Origin: Patescibacteria group bacterium
GTDB taxonomy: Bacteria; Patescibacteriota; Patescibacteriia; JACRDY01
Direction: 5' to 3'
Length of the DNA: 64,000 nt
Assembly (NCBI GenBank): GCA_041653535.1
Contig: JBAZFH010000001.1
Span: forward strand, 6,052 to 70,051
Part shown: positions 61,104-64,000 of the stretch, one piece after another
Layout of the letters: each line of letters begins with the position of its first letter
Position numbering within the stretch: position 1 is the first letter of the stretch
Translations under genes and position numbers: made by a program
Notes under the pieces: model-generated
Databases searched by the model: none
What the model was told of the DNA's origin: nothing
The model's input: only the letters and a program-made list of their open reading frames with translations

Positions 61104-63677
61104 ATGGATAAAGCCTATGAAGCCAAACAGGTTGAAGATAAGATTTACCAGATTTGGGAAGAGTCGGGTTTTTTTAATCCCGACAATTTAAAGGGTAAAG
61201 ATAAATATTGTAATGTTTTGCCACCACCTAATGCCAATGGCGAACTGCATATTGGTCACGCTTCAGGCTATGTAGTGATGGATTTTTTTGGTCGCTACCA
61301 GAGAATGCTCGGTAAAAAGGTTTTGCTTTTACCGGGAAAAGATCACGCCGGCATTCAGACGCAGGTGGTTTATGAGAAAAAGCTGAAAAAAGAGCAGGGA
61401 AAAACTCGTTATGATTTGGGTCGGGAAGAGTTTTATAAAGGGTGTTATGAGTTTTGTCTGGATCGGGCAAACTATATGCGCAACCAAGAAAGAAGGATTG
61501 GTTTGTCTGCTGACTGGTCGCGTGAGAAATTTACGCTTGATCCCGATCTGATCAAAACTGTTTCGGAAACTTTTGTTGAAATGTCGGAAGAAGGCTTGAT
61601 TTATCGCGGGCCGAGGATTATTAGTTGGTGTCCACGATGTTTTACTGCTTTGTCCGACATAGAGGTGGAGTACGAAGAGCAAGATGGCAAGCTCTATACT
61701 TTCAAGTATGATGCCGATTTTCCGTTTACTATTTCTACGACACGACCGGAGACTAAACTGGGCGATACGGCGGTGGCAGTTAATCCCAAAGATGAACGTT
61801 ATCAAAAATATATCGGACAGACGATCTCGGTCAATTTTTTGGGCGTGCCATTAAAACTAAAGATAATCGCTGACGATGGCGTTGACATGAACTTTGGTAC
61901 CGGTGCGCTTGGCGTAACGCCGGCGCATTCAATGGTTGATTATGAAATGGCGCAGAAGCATGATCTGGAAATTATTAGAGTGATTGATCAACAAGGAAAA
62001 ATTATCGTGGGTAATGATAATTTTAAGGCTTTTAAAGATTTAACAGCGCTGGAAGCTCGTGAAAAGGTTGTTGCCGACTTACGGCAGGCTGGTTTATTGA
62101 TCAAGGAAGAAGAATATAAAAACAATCTATCAGTCTGCGAGCGCTGTAAAACATCGGTTGAGCAATTGATTTCTGAACAGTGGTTTGTTAATGTGGATGA
62201 TTCTAAAAAGTCTTTGAAAAAAATGGCCAAGCGTGTGATCGAAAAAGGTGATATCAAAATTTATCCAGAGAAATTTAAAAAGACCATGCTTGATTGGATT
62301 GATAATGTTCATGATTGGTGTATTAGTCGACAGATTTGGTGGGGACCGCGCATTCCAGCTTGGTATCATCAGAGTAAGGGTCTAAAAGTTAGCCTGGATT
62401 CTCCCGGTGAAGGCTGGAAACAAGACGAAGATACTTTGGATACTTGGTTTTCTTCCGGTCAATGGGTTTACACCACGCTTGGTTATCCCAAAGGTAAAGA
62501 TTTTAAAGATTTTTATCCTACCGACAGCATGATTATGGGACGAGATCTGATTTTTTTCTGGGCTTTTCGAATGATTATAATGAGTCTGTACAAAACCGGC
62601 AAAGCGCCTTTTAAAAATTTGTATTTCACCGGATTGATTCGCGACGAGCAGGGAAGGAAAATGAGCAAATCTAAAGGTAACGGTATTGAGCCTCTAGAAA
62701 TGATTTCCAAATATGGTACGGACGCTGTACGGCTGTCTTTGGTTATTGGTTCTGCGCCGGGTAGTGATATGAACTTGGGTGAGGAAAAAATTGCCGGTTT
62801 TAGAAACTTTACCAACAAATTCTGGAATATCTCGAGATTTATCTTGATGATGATTGGTGAAGAAAAGATTGCCGACAAAACGCCCAAACCGAAAACTTTG
62901 GCGGATGCTTGGATTTTAAGCCGTTTGCAGCAAGTGATCGAGGTTGTTACTTTTAATATTGAAAAATTTAACTTATCTTTAGCCGGTGAGATTTTGCGAG
63001 ACTTCACTTGGAATGAGTTAGCCGATTGGTATTTGGAGATTGCCAAAATCGAAGGCGAGAAAAAAGAAATTTTAGCTTATATCTTACGGACTGTTTTGAA
63101 GCTCTGGCATCCGCTAATGCCGTTTGTCACGGAAGAAGTTTGGTCCAAATTTAACGACGGGATGATTTTGGTAGCACCTTGGCCGAAAGCAGAGAAAAAG
63201 TTGGCTGACGAATCAGTTGGTAAAGATTTTTTGTTAGTACAAGAAGTCGTCAGCGTTATCCGCAACCTACGCTCAGAAAACAAAGTTGAACCGGGTAAAA
63301 AAATAAAAGCGGTTGTCAAAGCGGGGGACAACGCGGATTTGGTTTCCAGCCAGAAAGAAATTATCACTACCTTGGCGCGACTAAGCGAATTGGAATTTAT
63401 TGAAAACGGTAAACCCGATAAATCTGCCGTAGCAGTGGTTGGCGGTGTGGAAGTATATTTGCCACTGGCCGATCTGCTCGATATCGATAAAGAAAAAGAA
63501 AGAATCGCCGGAGAAATAGAAATGACGAAAAAATATTGTGATAACGTCGGTGCTAAGCTATCTAACGATGATTTTGTCGCTCGCGCGCCGCAAGCAGTGG
63601 TGGATGGTGAAAAGAAAAAGTTAGAGCAAGCTAAAGAAAAACTGGAAAAACTAACCAAACAATGGGAAAGTTTGTAA
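61104..63677 (+). CDS. valS: Valyl-tRNA synthetase
   Basis: PPPNA.G.LHIGH, DHAGI.TQ, TTRPET, GTGA..VTPAH, WCISRQ.WWG, DTWFSS, KMSKS, C-terminal coiled coil. Confidence 0.97.
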   Translation: MDKAYEAKQVEDKIYQIWEESGFFNPDNLKGKDKYCNVLPPPNANGELHIGHASGYVVMDFFGRYQRMLGKKVLLLPGKDHAGIQTQVVYEKKLKKEQGKTRYDLGREEFYKGCYEFCLDRANYMRNQERRIGLSADWSREKFTLDPDLIKTVSETFVEMSEEGLIYRGPRIISWCPRCFTALSDIEVEYEEQDGKLYTFKYDADFPFTISTTRPETKLGDTAVAVNPKDERYQKYIGQTISVNFLGVPLKLKIIADDGVDMNFGTGALGVTPAHSMVDYEMAQKHDLEIIRVIDQQGKIIVGNDNFKAFKDLTALEAREKVVADLRQAGLLIKEEEYKNNLSVCERCKTSVEQLISEQWFVNVDDSKKSLKKMAKRVIEKGDIKIYPEKFKKTMLDWIDNVHDWCISRQIWWGPRIPAWYHQSKGLKVSLDSPGEGWKQDEDTLDTWFSSGQWVYTTLGYPKGKDFKDFYPTDSMIMGRDLIFFWAFRMIIMSLYKTGKAPFKNLYFTGLIRDEQGRKMSKSKGNGIEPLEMISKYGTDAVRLSLVIGSAPGSDMNLGEEKIAGFRNFTNKFWNISRFILMMIGEEKIADKTPKPKTLADAWILSRLQQVIEVVTFNIEKFNLSLAGEILRDFTWNELADWYLEIAKIEGEKKEILAYILRTVLKLWHPLMPFVTEEVWSKFNDGMILVAPWPKAEKKLADESVGKDFLLVQEVVSVIRNLRSENKVEPGKKIKAVVKAGDNADLVSSQKEIITTLARLSELEFIENGKPDKSAVAVVGGVEVYLPLADLLDIDKEKERIAGEIEMTKKYCDNVGAKLSNDDFVARAPQAVVDGEKKKLEQAKEKLEKLTKQWESL

Positions 63678-63849
63678 TAAAAGAAAATCCCCACCATGCG
63701 GCGGGGGTTGATGACGAGGGTTATTTGAAAGGTTTGCTGGAAACAGCTAAATAAAGGGCACTCAAAAAAACCAGCATGATTAAATTTTCCATTATTTACC
63801 TTCCCTTCATTTGTTTTGAAAGCGTAATATACAAAATAATATACACTAT

Positions 63850-64000
63850 ATGACAAAGAAAGTAAATACCGACCCAAAGTTAATCCATCATCTTTTGACG
63901 CGCGGCGTGGAAAACGTCTATCCTAGCGTCGATAACTTGGAAAAAGTTCTCAAATCCGGCAAGCGACTTCGTATCTATAATGGTATTGATCCTACCGGAC
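63850..64000 (+). CDS. tyrS: Tyrosyl-tRNA synthetase, N-terminal fragment (runs off window)
   Basis: LLTRGVE.VYP....LEK.L.SGK.LRIY.GIDPTG. Confidence 0.85.
   Translation, partial: MTKKVNTDPKLIHHLLTRGVENVYPSVDNLEKVLKSGKRLRIYNGIDPTG

Noticed and set aside
63077-63877. 266-aa minus-strand ORF and similar long antisense ORFs (e.g. 41794-42447, 23178-23669)
   Set aside because: Antisense shadows of well-supported genes

Overview
Chromosomal segment of a low-GC bacterium using genetic code 11. It is most consistent with Patescibacteria/CPR (Parcubacteria-like); this is an inference from gene content, an unlinked 23S-5S locus with insertions, tRNA-Ile(UAU) and SD-less housekeeping genes. Housekeeping genes (metG, valS, partial tyrS, uvrA, rplS, gmk, cca, porAB, a pgk-fba fusion), 23S/5S rRNA and five intact tRNAs alternate with many single-gene accessory units. 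The most notable observations are: (1) two large (~500-600 nt) and two smaller promoter-led, hairpin-rich non-coding units that I cannot match to any RNA class; (2) an integron-like locus whose short tyrosine recombinase lacks the IntI-specific insertion but faces a cassette bounded by GTT...AAC inverted ends; (3) an orphan DGR-type target gene; (4) heptamer-repeat arrays that bracket a four-helix-bundle gene as an inverted repeat and coincide with a frameshift in a RluA-family gene; (5) a pair of PGM1-like ATP-grasp ligases behind a Phe-rich micro-ORF; (6) a covarying ~190-bp dispersed repeat; (7) a GIY-YIG/tRNA-Val module inside a 48-bp direct repeat. All calls were made by eye; no database searches were run.
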